A stretch of DNA of 64,000 nucleotides from a virus. The translations under genes and the position numbers were made by a program. Shown piece by piece: positions 45,286 to 55,538 of this stretch; position 1 is the first letter of the stretch, and each line of letters starts with the position of its first letter. The DNA is taken from positions 2,527-66,526 of the IMG/VR virus record IMGVR_UViG_3300025009_000094, one strand, 5' to 3'. Below the pieces are notes generated by a model, which worked only from the letters and a program-made list of their open reading frames with translations, ran no database searches and was not told where the DNA came from.

Positions 45286-47265
45286 TTAAACTGCCGAACC
45301 AAGTAATTTAGTAATCGCCTTATCTACGCTCGTATCCTTTGTAAGAACAAATTTAGCAGTAACCTTGCTCGCCGACACGGTTGAGGTTCCAACCAATTCT
45401 TCTAGGATTAAATCACTACTAATCTCTGTGGTTGTTTTTGTCATAGAAGAATAACTCTCAGGGTTAGCGGAATCCACGATCGACAAACTAGGCGCTATAG
45501 AAAAGCTGGCATCCTTTTCGCGATATAGCCACACATCAACTTCTTTTGTCGGATTAGTAGGAGTTACATTGTACCGAACGTCAACGGTAGCAACCTTTGT
45601 TCCGCATTTATACGTTGAGATATACGGATTACCGTCATGCCCAATGGTTAAGAATAAGTCATCAAGGCCAAATGTAACACACTTAGCATCGTCTGTTGGT
45701 GGTGTGATTGGGTCAGGCATAGCAGAAAACGTATCGTTTAGCCTATCGTACATTGTGACAAAGGGGGTAACCGCATGAGCTATTACTAAGTAGCTTCCAT
45801 CCTTACTAAAGGCCGCCCCAAACCCATTTCCTGTAGGCAGGGTTGAAGGATTAGCAAGCTTCGCAAAGGTATCCGATGTTCTTTTGTAAATCGTAACGAA
45901 TGGAGTTGCTTCGTGCGCCACCGCTAAATATTCGTCGTTTTTCCCCCACGCTAGACCGTTCCCATCACCAGTTGGTAATGATGCAGGATTACTAATCTTA
46001 TCAAATACATCTCCTGTTCTCTTATAAACAAGCATATAGGGAGAAGCGTCCGACGATACGGCAAGATAAATTCCATTATGAGAAAATTTAATCCCATGAC
46101 ATGCCGCAGTTGGTTTAGTCTCAGGATCAGGAAGTTTAGTGAAAACAACATCGTCTATTTTGTAGATCACTAGATATGGGGATGAGGACTGAGAAAGGGC
46201 TAGATAGGTTCCGTCCTCCGAGTAATCAGCACCATACACCGTCCCTGATGGATACGAGACAGGTCGAGTAAGCTTAGTGAATACATCGTCTACTATTTTA
46301 TAGTGAACAGTCGTTGAACCGCTTGTTCCAACCGTGAAGTATTTTCCATTTGGTGAAAAAGCAACACAATAGCAATCAGAGGTTGGTTTTCCGTCAAGGT
46401 CTGGCTGCTTTAGAAACACGTCACCAGTTCGCTTGTAAAGGATTAGATATGGAGTTGAACCACTAGCCACAGCCAACCATTTACCATCAGGAGAATAAGC
46501 AACTCCATTGACTGTTCCAGCAGGGAGTAGTGACGGGTCAGTTATTTTAACAGGGAAGGTTCCGCTCTTTACTGTTCCAAACACCATTCTTCCTTGATCA
46601 AGTATGACATTTGAACGATACACGGCGGCCCCAACTCCAAAGTCATTTACTAACGCAGGAACAGTAAGCACTTTGCCGGACACAGATGTTACAACAAAAC
46701 TTTGCATCTTATTGTATTGCTGAATAGTGTACTCATTATTAGCCACAATTCCGGTAGCATCATCGACTGTTATACTAGTAGCACCAACGCTTAACGGAAG
46801 GGTTGTTATAGTCTTCAAGGTATCCAGCTTTCCGCAAGAATACGAGTTCGTATTATCTAGTAAATCATAAATATTGTTTGTGCTTGGGATAGCAAGTCCG
46901 TTTTTATCATGGATAGCCATGCTGTTTGCATTTTCCTTGCGCGTGCTTTTAAGGAATCTCTGAAATTCAACGACTAGCTTAATCGCCTCTAGACTTGCAT
47001 TAGGTATCGTACCCGTAACCGCAATACCCAACTGGCTTTTAATATCAGCCAGCTTTTCGTAAATAGTCCCATCAATAAGTCCGTCAATCGGGGCACAATT
47101 CATCTTTTCAGCAATACTTTCCCCTATCGACGCGCTACTAAACGCATATAGTATTTCAGACAACTTTGTGTAGAGTGCGTCAAAATCAGCATCTACAGCT
47201 TCAGCGTCAGCGGGTGTACCGTTAACGAAGTTATTGGCTCTAGTTATGTTTTGTATCATACCCAA
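45286..47265 (-). CDS. tail fibre/receptor-binding protein with WD40-like propeller
   Basis: repeats of VAFSPDGxYLAVA...PY..IYKR.GD.F.KL. Confidence 0.7.
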   Translation of the reverse strand: MGMIQNITRANNFVNGTPADAEAVDADFDALYTKLSEILYAFSSASIGESIAEKMNCAPIDGLIDGTIYEKLADIKSQLGIAVTGTIPNASLEAIKLVVEFQRFLKSTRKENANSMAIHDKNGLAIPSTNNIYDLLDNTNSYSCGKLDTLKTITTLPLSVGATSITVDDATGIVANNEYTIQQYNKMQSFVVTSVSGKVLTVPALVNDFGVGAAVYRSNVILDQGRMVFGTVKSGTFPVKITDPSLLPAGTVNGVAYSPDGKWLAVASGSTPYLILYKRTGDVFLKQPDLDGKPTSDCYCVAFSPNGKYFTVGTSGSTTVHYKIVDDVFTKLTRPVSYPSGTVYGADYSEDGTYLALSQSSSPYLVIYKIDDVVFTKLPDPETKPTAACHGIKFSHNGIYLAVSSDASPYMLVYKRTGDVFDKISNPASLPTGDGNGLAWGKNDEYLAVAHEATPFVTIYKRTSDTFAKLANPSTLPTGNGFGAAFSKDGSYLVIAHAVTPFVTMYDRLNDTFSAMPDPITPPTDDAKCVTFGLDDLFLTIGHDGNPYISTYKCGTKVATVDVRYNVTPTNPTKEVDVWLYREKDASFSIAPSLSIVDSANPESYSSMTKTTTEISSDLILEELVGTSTVSASKVTAKFVLTKDTSVDKAITKLLGSAV

Positions 47266-47276
47266 GGTTATGCCAC

Positions 47277-48989
47277 CTACCTAATTCGTTTTAGTTTGTA
47301 GAGAATTCCAAACCCGTAAAACTGAGAAGGGATAGAATCACTCCCTATTTTCACTCGAAAGTAATTGTCTTTCTGGATTATGGCTTGAGATTCTTGACCA
47401 GGGGATGATTGCCCGCCCCACAGTCTTCCCCACAGGCTATTGGGGCCCCATTCCATATACCCATTAGCTAATCCAATGGTTAGTTTTTCACCATAACCCA
47501 CCTTGTCCGTACCAAATTGGACATATAGGCTATCGCTAATAGTTTCTTTTCTGTAGTAAACAAATATCTTCCTGATCTTTTTTAATTGACTACGACTTCC
47601 CATGTCAAAGTCCTTGCCAACAACAAACGAGCTAATTGTTACGCCGTTAAAGTTTTTACTCAATCCGAACTGCATCGTTCCCTTGATCGTTCCAAAAAGA
47701 AGTTTATTTAAAGTTGTTACAGAAAAGGACTTCGGAGCATCAGGAAAGACATACTTCGTGAAGTAATTCCTTCGATAATCGTAAATAATGATTGACTTAC
47801 CGATTTTGAGCCAATACCTTCCGTCATAATCAACACTAATAGGAGACAGTTCACCAGCTAGGAGGCTCTTGACCCTCATTCCTACAGGAACAATACTCCG
47901 TTCATCTTGAACCAATGTGGGTTGAATTTGATAGAGATCATCAACGCCCATGAAGATTATATTGTTGTCCAAGAGTTGAATCGTTTCAGGATAAGGGCAC
48001 CCCCGACTATCATTAATCGTTTTGAAATTCCAAGAAGACGGTTCTCCTTCCACGGAAAGCATTTGAATTGATCGTTCCTTTAAAATTACAACCCAATCAT
48101 TTAAAACTTTTATTCCCGTAATCCTATCCCCACCATCATTACAGAGGATGTAATTGGTCAAAGGGAACGATTCCGGTTTATTCAGTTTAGAGAAGTAAAG
48201 AAAAGAACCTTGAGCCAAGAACAAACGGTTCTTGTGTTCCAAGATGTAGCTAGACTTAATAGGAGGATCATTATCAGTCTCTAGAGCGTTACCGATAATA
48301 AGGGAACTTCCAGCCATATTGTCGGTATACGTTGTTGTTGCGTTATCCGCTATCTCAACAAGCAACCATGTGTCTGTTGTACTTCCAATGGTAGCAGAGG
48401 CGTATATCCTTCGTTTTACGGTGTTTAATCCACCTGTCGGTATATCCGTTAGGTCAATCTTTTTCAATGAAGGAGAAGCAACGTTAGAAGCAGGAGAAGG
48501 GTTACTTTCTTGCCCTCGATCATTAACAAAGGTTACATAATAAGAACGTTCTTCATCCGGTAATCCGACATCACCGGACACTGTTGCCGTACAAGTTGTC
48601 CCGGGTTTTTCTATTCCCCATACCGATATGAGTCCATTCCAGACGAAAGACGTTTCGACGTTTGTGCAGAACAATAAATCCTGATAAGTCTCAAAGGAAA
48701 GAAGCCCGACAATGCCGGACTTCACTAGGGTTCCATCAATATATAATTTATCCATTACTTGCTGAACAAGCTGTACCGTTCCATCCCGTTTAGCGTAGTT
48801 GTAAATTCTGTCTGCCGATAAGTAATCTATCGTTCCATACCCCTCGCACGTTGCCGCCTGACCGGGTAGGAAGTCAATGTTTTGGCAATCCTGAACTTCA
48901 TTTTCGTTAATCAAGTGTGGCCTTGCCCCAACATTCAAGCCGCCGGACATATCCTTGACCTCATAAAGTAACTTTTCAGACATCACCAC
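47277..48989 (-). CDS. podovirus tail nozzle/tubular protein B-like
   Basis: DMSGGLN...CQNIDF, HKNRLFL, LYFSKLN.PESF; position after adaptor. Confidence 0.65.
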   Translation of the reverse strand: MVMSEKLLYEVKDMSGGLNVGARPHLINENEVQDCQNIDFLPGQAATCEGYGTIDYLSADRIYNYAKRDGTVQLVQQVMDKLYIDGTLVKSGIVGLLSFETYQDLLFCTNVETSFVWNGLISVWGIEKPGTTCTATVSGDVGLPDEERSYYVTFVNDRGQESNPSPASNVASPSLKKIDLTDIPTGGLNTVKRRIYASATIGSTTDTWLLVEIADNATTTYTDNMAGSSLIIGNALETDNDPPIKSSYILEHKNRLFLAQGSFLYFSKLNKPESFPLTNYILCNDGGDRITGIKVLNDWVVILKERSIQMLSVEGEPSSWNFKTINDSRGCPYPETIQLLDNNIIFMGVDDLYQIQPTLVQDERSIVPVGMRVKSLLAGELSPISVDYDGRYWLKIGKSIIIYDYRRNYFTKYVFPDAPKSFSVTTLNKLLFGTIKGTMQFGLSKNFNGVTISSFVVGKDFDMGSRSQLKKIRKIFVYYRKETISDSLYVQFGTDKVGYGEKLTIGLANGYMEWGPNSLWGRLWGGQSSPGQESQAIIQKDNYFRVKIGSDSIPSQFYGFGILYKLKRIR

Positions 48990-50983
48990 ACCATCCTTGG
49001 CAATGACGGATAAACCTTCCCTTGCACTTGGTCAATCATTAAGTCCTTTTTCTTCTCAAAGGCTTTTTCAAAGGATAACGCTTCAGGCAACAACTTCTTC
49101 GATTGCTTGTACCTCATAGCCGCATAGAGAACCAAAGCGTATCGAGAACTGACCGGAATATCTACAGGTAAATCGATCACATTAACCAAATACACTGGCT
49201 TGCGATAATAGTACAAATCAACGGTTCCGTCACCGGGATCTTCGTCGAATGTTATATTGCTTCCCCAAACCTCAAACGTTGGTTCTGCTTTTATTACTGA
49301 TAGGCAATCAGAAGGTATTGCATAGCTAAGAGTGCCTTCCACGGTTTCTATTTGCGCCATAGTTTCTATGTCTAAATCCCCGGTCAACTCGCTTATTCCA
49401 TCATTGAACCACTCTTTTGCCGCATCCCATAAAACAACATCTTCAACTAATTTATTAAGAGAGGACAGCAACGTATTGTCTGATGATGCTATCTTGAGCT
49501 TCCTATCCTTGATAAGTTGAATCATCGAAATCTTTTTCTGCTCAAACTCTTTCCTGAAAACTAAGGCTTGATCGAACTCGTTCTTAGATTGCTTATACCG
49601 CATAGCGGCGTACAGGATAAGCGCATAATGTGAACCCTCTGGTATATCTTCGGGATAATCTTGAATTCCTTCGATATATAAAGGCTTGCGATGATAATAA
49701 AGTTTTACCGTTCCATTACCCGGATCTCCGTAAAACACAATGTCGCTTCCCCATGTATCGAAAGGGAGATCGGCCTTAACTATGGACAGACAATCGGATG
49801 GGATAGGATACTGAAGAGTCCCTGCTATCGTTACTATTTGTGCGGTTGTCTCAATATCAAGTTCATTGGTTAATTCATTTATGCCATCATTAAGCCACTT
49901 TTTAGCTTCAGGCCACAAAACTATATCACCCACAAGTTTATTTAAGGATGATAGTAAAGTGTCCCCTGATGATTCCTTGAGCTTCTTGTCCTCGATATAA
50001 TCGACCAATAATGACTTCTTTTTCTCAAACTCTTTTTCAAAAGCTAAAGCTTGGTCAAAGTCTCTTTCCGATTGCTTGTATCGCATTGCAGCGTATAACA
50101 CAAGGGCATAATGCGAGCTGACCGGAATATCAGATGGCAAGTCCTGCACGTTAACAACATAAGCAGGTTTCCTGTAATAATAAAGATTCACAATGCCGCT
50201 ACCGGGATCGCCATAGAAAATTATATTATTTTCCCACGTATCGAATGGTAAATCTGCCTTGAATATTGATAGACAATCAGAGGGTATTGGATATTGAAGA
50301 GTCCCTGAAGTTGTTTCAATTTGTGCAGTGGCTTCTATTTCTAGTTCATTTGTTAGTTCATTGATACCATCGTTAAACCATTTGGCGGCAATATCCCACA
50401 AGACAATATCTCCGACTAGTTTATTCAGTGACGATAACAACGTATTACCAGAGGATTCTTTCAATTTCTTCGCTTTAATATACTCGACCATTAAGGCTTT
50501 CTTTTTCTCAAAAGCCTTCTCGAATTCCGTTGCCTGATCGAAATCTTCCTCTGATTGTTTGTACCTCATGGCAGCATACAGAGCTAATGCGTAATGTGCG
50601 TTACTCGGTATATCAGCAGGGACATCGTAGACGTTGGATAGGTACAAAGGTTTTCTGTAGTAGTACAGATTGAACAAGCCATCCCCTGGATCGCCATATA
50701 GGATAATATCCGTTCCCCATGTGTCGAAAGGTAAATCGGCTTTGTAGATAGATTGACAATCGGCAGGTATGGGATAATTTAATATCCCAGCAGTGGTTAC
50801 GACTTGCTTTTTAGTTTCAATTTCAAGGTAATTCGCTAACTCGTTAATACCATCGTTAAACCATTTGACAGCATCAGACCATAACACAGTATCCCCGATA
50901 AGCTTATTCAGTGCATCAAGAAGGGTTGTTCCGTCCGTTATGTTTATCTCTTCAGTTGCTATATCTGCTCCATACGTAGGCAT
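48983..50983 (-). CDS. head-tail adaptor/tubular protein A-like with four tandem ~161-aa domains
   Basis: 4 x TLL..LNKL...WFNDGINEL...YPIPSDC...YYRKP...HYALVLYAAMRYKQS. Confidence 0.7.
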   Translation of the reverse strand: MPTYGADIATEEINITDGTTLLDALNKLIGDTVLWSDAVKWFNDGINELANYLEIETKKQVVTTAGILNYPIPADCQSIYKADLPFDTWGTDIILYGDPGDGLFNLYYYRKPLYLSNVYDVPADIPSNAHYALALYAAMRYKQSEEDFDQATEFEKAFEKKKALMVEYIKAKKLKESSGNTLLSSLNKLVGDIVLWDIAAKWFNDGINELTNELEIEATAQIETTSGTLQYPIPSDCLSIFKADLPFDTWENNIIFYGDPGSGIVNLYYYRKPAYVVNVQDLPSDIPVSSHYALVLYAAMRYKQSERDFDQALAFEKEFEKKKSLLVDYIEDKKLKESSGDTLLSSLNKLVGDIVLWPEAKKWLNDGINELTNELDIETTAQIVTIAGTLQYPIPSDCLSIVKADLPFDTWGSDIVFYGDPGNGTVKLYYHRKPLYIEGIQDYPEDIPEGSHYALILYAAMRYKQSKNEFDQALVFRKEFEQKKISMIQLIKDRKLKIASSDNTLLSSLNKLVEDVVLWDAAKEWFNDGISELTGDLDIETMAQIETVEGTLSYAIPSDCLSVIKAEPTFEVWGSNITFDEDPGDGTVDLYYYRKPVYLVNVIDLPVDIPVSSRYALVLYAAMRYKQSKKLLPEALSFEKAFEKKKDLMIDQVQGKVYPSLPRMVW

Positions 50984-51011
50984 AGTATCGCCACCTTTAT
51001 ATCATAGTTTC

Positions 51012-52013
51012 CTATGATGTTATCGTATAAGATAAATCCTCATTAATCTTGATTAATCCCATGTTGTTGCTATATATAGAACTTATAGAAGCAATATACA
51101 CATTGCCTAATGAGTCAGGGGCTACATCGCGTGCGCCGTTAATTGGGAAATACCATATATCGTTTCCTGAAGAATCAAGTTTCCTAATACCAAACGGGGG
51201 ATATGCAGCATAAACGTTTCCCGAAGAATCTACTGCTACGCTATAATTACTACCTATCTCTTTCTTATACCACAATTCTGTGCCTGATGAATCAAGTTTG
51301 CGTAAAGAAGGATAGTTGTATGAAGCGGCAGTTGAATAGGCAACATAAACGTTATCTGACGAATCTACTGTTATATCATATCCGTTAGGATAATCAGTTT
51401 TAGACCATAATTCGTTTCCTGAAGAATCTAGTTTGCGCACTTTTTTAGTCGAAGAGCTATAGGCAACATAAACGTTATCTGAAGAATCTACTGCTATACT
51501 ATTAGCGGAAGTTACATCAGTCTTAGACCAAATAAGTGTTCCACTAGAGCTATACTTTCTCACTCCTGAGTTATAGGCAACATAAACGTTACCCAAAGAA
51601 TCTACTGCTATACCGTTAGCATAACCAACCGATGTATTAGACCATAATTCTGTTCCTGATGAATTTAACTTGCGCACAGTTTTAATACCAACACCTTGAT
51701 CATATGCAACATAAACGTTACTAGAAGAATCTAAGTCTAAATCAACCGCATGTCCAACCTCAATATTTTCCCATAATAAAACTCCATCAGAATCGTATTT
51801 GTACACACCCTCGTTATATGACGCATATACATTTCCATCTGTATCTACTTTTACGCTGTTATAACTAGTATCAAGGGACCATACTATCGGTGATATAGAT
51901 TCCATGTTAGATGATAGTATGATATCTCCTATATTATAACCACCTTCAGTAATAGCAGTTGATCCTACTGCTATTCCCGTTGAAAATCCATCTTCCCAAT
52001 CTTTTTCTGACAC
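51012..52013 (-). CDS. SBBP/NHL-type beta-propeller protein (copy 2)
   Basis: repeated IAVDSSGNVYVAY...RKL.SSG.ELW. Confidence 0.8.
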   Translation of the reverse strand: MSEKDWEDGFSTGIAVGSTAITEGGYNIGDIILSSNMESISPIVWSLDTSYNSVKVDTDGNVYASYNEGVYKYDSDGVLLWENIEVGHAVDLDLDSSSNVYVAYDQGVGIKTVRKLNSSGTELWSNTSVGYANGIAVDSLGNVYVAYNSGVRKYSSSGTLIWSKTDVTSANSIAVDSSDNVYVAYSSSTKKVRKLDSSGNELWSKTDYPNGYDITVDSSDNVYVAYSTAASYNYPSLRKLDSSGTELWYKKEIGSNYSVAVDSSGNVYAAYPPFGIRKLDSSGNDIWYFPINGARDVAPDSLGNVYIASISSIYSNNMGLIKINEDLSYTITS

Positions 52014-52069
52014 AACAAACCTCCTTGCAGAGACGTATAAAAAACCAAGATTAATCAGCCGTGAGTTCC

Positions 52070-53065
52070 CTATGATGTTATCGTATAAGATAAATCTGCT
52101 TTAATCTTAGTTAATCCCCTTGTAATATCTCCAACAGCAATGTATGCATTACCTAATGAGTCAGGGACTACGGCGTTTGCGTAGTTAATTGGGAAATACC
52201 ATATATCGTTTCCAGAAGAATCAAGTTTCCTAATACCAAAATAGTGATATGCAACATAAACGTTTCCTGTTGAATCTACTGCTACGCTATAAACATAACC
52301 CATCCCGTTTTTATACCATAATTCTGTGCCTGAAGAATTAAGTTTGCGTAAAGAAGGATAGCCATATAAACCGGTAACATTATAGGCAACATAAACGTTA
52401 TCTGAAGAATCTACTGCTATATCATATCCGTTAGCGGAATCGTTTCTATACCATAGTTCTGTTCCTGAAGAATTGAGCTTGCGCACAGCTTTTCCAGCTG
52501 ATGCATTATAGGCAGCATAAACGTTTCCCGAAGAATCTACTGCTACGCTATAAGCGATAGCGGTTACATCAGTATTAGACCAAATAAGCGTTCCAGAAGA
52601 GTTATATTTACGTACTGCTGAGCTATATGCAACATAGACATTGCCTGAAGAATCTACTGCTATACCGTTAGCATCATCAGTAGATGTTGTGTACCATAAT
52701 TCTGTTCCTGATGAATTTAACTTGCGCACGGTTTGAAGTGCAACGCTTTTCCTGTGAGCAACATAAACGTTACCAGAAGAATCTACCGCTACATCATTTG
52801 CGAATTCAACATCCGTTTTTTCCCACACCAAGACTCCATCAGAATTGTATTTGTGTACACCATAACTACTCGACACATATATATTTCCGTCTTCATCTAC
52901 TGTTACGTTTTTATAGGTAATATCAAGGGACCACACTACCTGAGATGTAGCTTCCATGTTAGATGATTTAATGGTGTCTCCTATGTTGTAATCACTTCCA
53001 GGCTCAGCAGTTGATCCCACTGCTATTCCTATGAAAAACCCTTCTTCCCAATCATTTCCAACCAA
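52070..53065 (-). CDS. SBBP/NHL-type beta-propeller protein (copy 1)
   Basis: same repeats; tandem paralog of 51012. Confidence 0.8.
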   Translation of the reverse strand: MVGNDWEEGFFIGIAVGSTAEPGSDYNIGDTIKSSNMEATSQVVWSLDITYKNVTVDEDGNIYVSSSYGVHKYNSDGVLVWEKTDVEFANDVAVDSSGNVYVAHRKSVALQTVRKLNSSGTELWYTTSTDDANGIAVDSSGNVYVAYSSAVRKYNSSGTLIWSNTDVTAIAYSVAVDSSGNVYAAYNASAGKAVRKLNSSGTELWYRNDSANGYDIAVDSSDNVYVAYNVTGLYGYPSLRKLNSSGTELWYKNGMGYVYSVAVDSTGNVYVAYHYFGIRKLDSSGNDIWYFPINYANAVVPDSLGNAYIAVGDITRGLTKIKADLSYTITS

Positions 53066-53067
53066 GA

Positions 53068-53391
53068 CTACACCTCCGTTGGGTAAGTTATACTAATTGT
53101 TCTTTCTCCCCTTGTTAGCGTTGAAAACCTATCGCGCGAATCCCTTGTTGCTACCCACGACTCTTGCTCTCCATCCCTGAAGATATTGATTGATGTCGCT
53201 CCGATTACGATTTGAATATTAGTAGCTCTAGTAGTAGATATATTTCCAACTTCTTCCACGGTATGAGTCAGAAGAGTTTCAACCGCTACAATAGCGTCCT
53301 GAACGTCATTCATATCTTTTGCGATAATAGGGCTAACGTAGTCAATTTTAGTTGTAAATGTATCTATTGCGCCAGGATATACAGTAGGCAT
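53068..53391 (-). CDS. small virion protein
   Basis: YPGAIDTF...AKDMNDVQDAIVAVETLL fibre-anchor-like motif. Confidence 0.55.
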   Translation of the reverse strand: MPTVYPGAIDTFTTKIDYVSPIIAKDMNDVQDAIVAVETLLTHTVEEVGNISTTRATNIQIVIGATSINIFRDGEQESWVATRDSRDRFSTLTRGERTISITYPTEV

Positions 53392-53511
53392 TGCTTCACC
53401 GCCTTGAATGTATTGGGTCATTTATCCAACTATATTTAGAATATTTCTCGAAAAATGATCCATAGGGGAAGGAGGGGATAGAAACCCCTCCTTGATTAAT
53501 TCTACTATTTC

Positions 53512-54393
53512 TTAGCCAGTAGACCCAACGACCTGTCTCCATGATTCTATAGCTGTACTGTGCCTAAAGTAGCCATTCCATACCCACGACCCATTCTGAC
53601 GCATTTCTTTCTCACGGAGGAACTCAGGTTTTACGCGGAAATAATGAACCATCCGATGTCTTGCCCCCTGCAAGAACCATGCAGTTTGACTTGCCACGAA
53701 GTCAAGGTCAACAATCTCAAGGGCAGGTAGTACGTTCTTGTCGTTCAATTGACCTCCTGCAACCTGTGAGGACTGAAGGATTGTCGCCGCCAAAAACTGT
53801 TTCGTTTGGTGGATAATAAGCTTTTTAGGACGAGAAAGAATCTGCTTTCCGGCCTCGTCTTTTTGCTGACGGAATAAGGTAATACCTGTTTTCAATGTGG
53901 CATCAGACAACGCACCGGAATGAAGGTTATCCTGGGTTCCCCCGGCATCACCCCTGTTAGGATGAGAATCTGAGCAAAGAGGAACACCGTCATATTGGTT
54001 GACGGTGAAAGCCCCATCAAGAACCAACGCACACTCAGCCTCAAGCGTTTCGCGCCCGGCATGTCCAGCATCGCGGGTCATGTTTTCTACTTCCTTGTAC
54101 TTGGAATCGTCCACTTGCTCGCGAGACATGACAACTGTGACAGCAAACGGTTGATGGGTAGTCGTGATAATGTCACCGAGCTTGAACTTTTGTTCAGTCG
54201 GATTGGCAAGCTCGTCTTTCTTATTCCACTTTGCAATTCCAGCAAAGTTCTGAGTTACCTCAGCATTTTGGGTTGAGGTTTCAGCTTGCAGAAATTTGGA
54301 CCATTGTTCGGCCTCTTCATCCCACGCCTCAAAGAAGGTTCGGTCAATCTTTTTAAGATAAAGGTTTTGGAATTGGGCTGTATTAGTTGGCAT
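53512..54393 (-). CDS. major capsid protein (Mu gpT-like, HK97 fold)
   Basis: SREQVDDSKY, DGVPLCSDSHP, PKKLII, TAWFL, WRQVVGSTG; downstream of scaffold. Confidence 0.8.
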   Translation of the reverse strand: MPTNTAQFQNLYLKKIDRTFFEAWDEEAEQWSKFLQAETSTQNAEVTQNFAGIAKWNKKDELANPTEQKFKLGDIITTTHQPFAVTVVMSREQVDDSKYKEVENMTRDAGHAGRETLEAECALVLDGAFTVNQYDGVPLCSDSHPNRGDAGGTQDNLHSGALSDATLKTGITLFRQQKDEAGKQILSRPKKLIIHQTKQFLAATILQSSQVAGGQLNDKNVLPALEIVDLDFVASQTAWFLQGARHRMVHYFRVKPEFLREKEMRQNGSWVWNGYFRHSTAIESWRQVVGSTG

Positions 54394-54410
54394 TATTAAT
54401 CATTCCTTTC

Positions 54411-54854
54411 TTAGTAAACTAAATTTGCATCGTCGAAAACGACATCACAGGTTAATGCGGTGTTGTCATAGTCGAGAATGTGACACATACCACCTGTGGT
54501 GTCGTCAGGGGCAACGGACGTTTTATCCAGAAGGTCGAACTTGGTGATAAACTTGTCTGTAGACGCAAAGGTTTTCTTTGTCCCTGCATCAGTGAATGGA
54601 AGACGGACAACAGCATCCTTTAATAATGTCACTGGAATCTTGTCTGCCGCCGTTGGGCTTGCGGTGGTAGTGATAGATGCTCCTGCAATAGCGTATAAAG
54701 CAGCAGACGCGGCAACCGCAGCAATTCCGAGCTTAGAAGTTGCGTCAATAGCAAGGAGATTTCCCTCTGCAATTGTTTGACTTGCCCCGATATTGAGCCA
54801 GTGTGTTTTCGGGTCATTGGTCCCCGTGGTTGCGGAACGTAAATAACGAGCCAT
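54411..54854 (-). CDS. capsid decoration/cement protein
   Basis: small A/T-rich protein between scaffold and capsid. Confidence 0.55.
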   Translation of the reverse strand: MARYLRSATTGTNDPKTHWLNIGASQTIAEGNLLAIDATSKLGIAAVAASAALYAIAGASITTTASPTAADKIPVTLLKDAVVRLPFTDAGTKKTFASTDKFITKFDLLDKTSVAPDDTTGGMCHILDYDNTALTCDVVFDDANLVY

Positions 54855-54864
54855 TTAAAATCAT

Positions 54865-55538
54865 CCCTTCTTAATTTAACTTTTTTCGCTATAAATTAGA
54901 TTTTTTAGTGAAAATAATATTGGTACAACAAAGAGAATGCAAGATTACAGTCGATCAAGGATAAGCAAGATATTAAGGGGACTACCCTAAAACAGGCGAT
55001 CATCACCATCAATCGTAATAATGCAGTGAATGATTATCTTAATAAAACTGCCAGAACGATTATTGATTACTGCATTGAAGGCGAAATTGGAAACCTTGTC
55101 ATTGGGTACAACCTGGATTGGAAGCGCAATATTGACATCGGCAAAAAGAATAACCAAAACTTTGTACAAATACCTCATGGCAAGCTTAGGAGTAAGCTGG
55201 AATCACTCGGCAAAAGGTACGGTATCAACTACGTTGAACAAGAAGAAAGTTATACTTCTAGGGCAAGTTTTTTCGACGATGATGTTATGCCGACTTTCGA
55301 TGCAGATAAACCACAGAAATATCAATTTAGTGGTAAGCGCATTTCCAGAGGACAATACAGGACTTCTACCGGCTTAAAACTCAACGCCGATTGCAATGGA
55401 GCGTTAAACATATTGCGTAAAAGTAGACTGATAGACTTAACTGTCTTACGGTGTAGCGGTTGCTTGGCACAGCCCTTGAGAATAAGGCTTCGGTAGACTT
55501 CTCAAAAATACCCCGGATTCATCCGTGGGGAATGTCAA
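54865..55538 (+). mobile_element. 5'-truncated IS200/IS605-type tnpB element
   Basis: TnpB frame from ~54918; right-end hairpin CCCCGGATTCATCCGTGGGG then AATGTCAA. Confidence 0.8.
54918..55496 (+). pseudogene. tnpB: TnpB C-terminal fragment lacking RuvC-I and N-terminal lobe
   Basis: NQNFVQIP, QEESYTSRASFFD, NADCNGALNILRK; in-frame TAA at 54915. Confidence 0.85.

Noticed and set aside
45286-53065. Diversity-generating retroelement acting on fibre or propeller genes
   Set aside because: No reverse transcriptase seen and no adenine-specific TR/VR pair noticed.
55026-55496. Functional Cas12/TnpB system
   Set aside because: RuvC-I and the N-terminal lobe are missing and there is no CRISPR array or tnpA.
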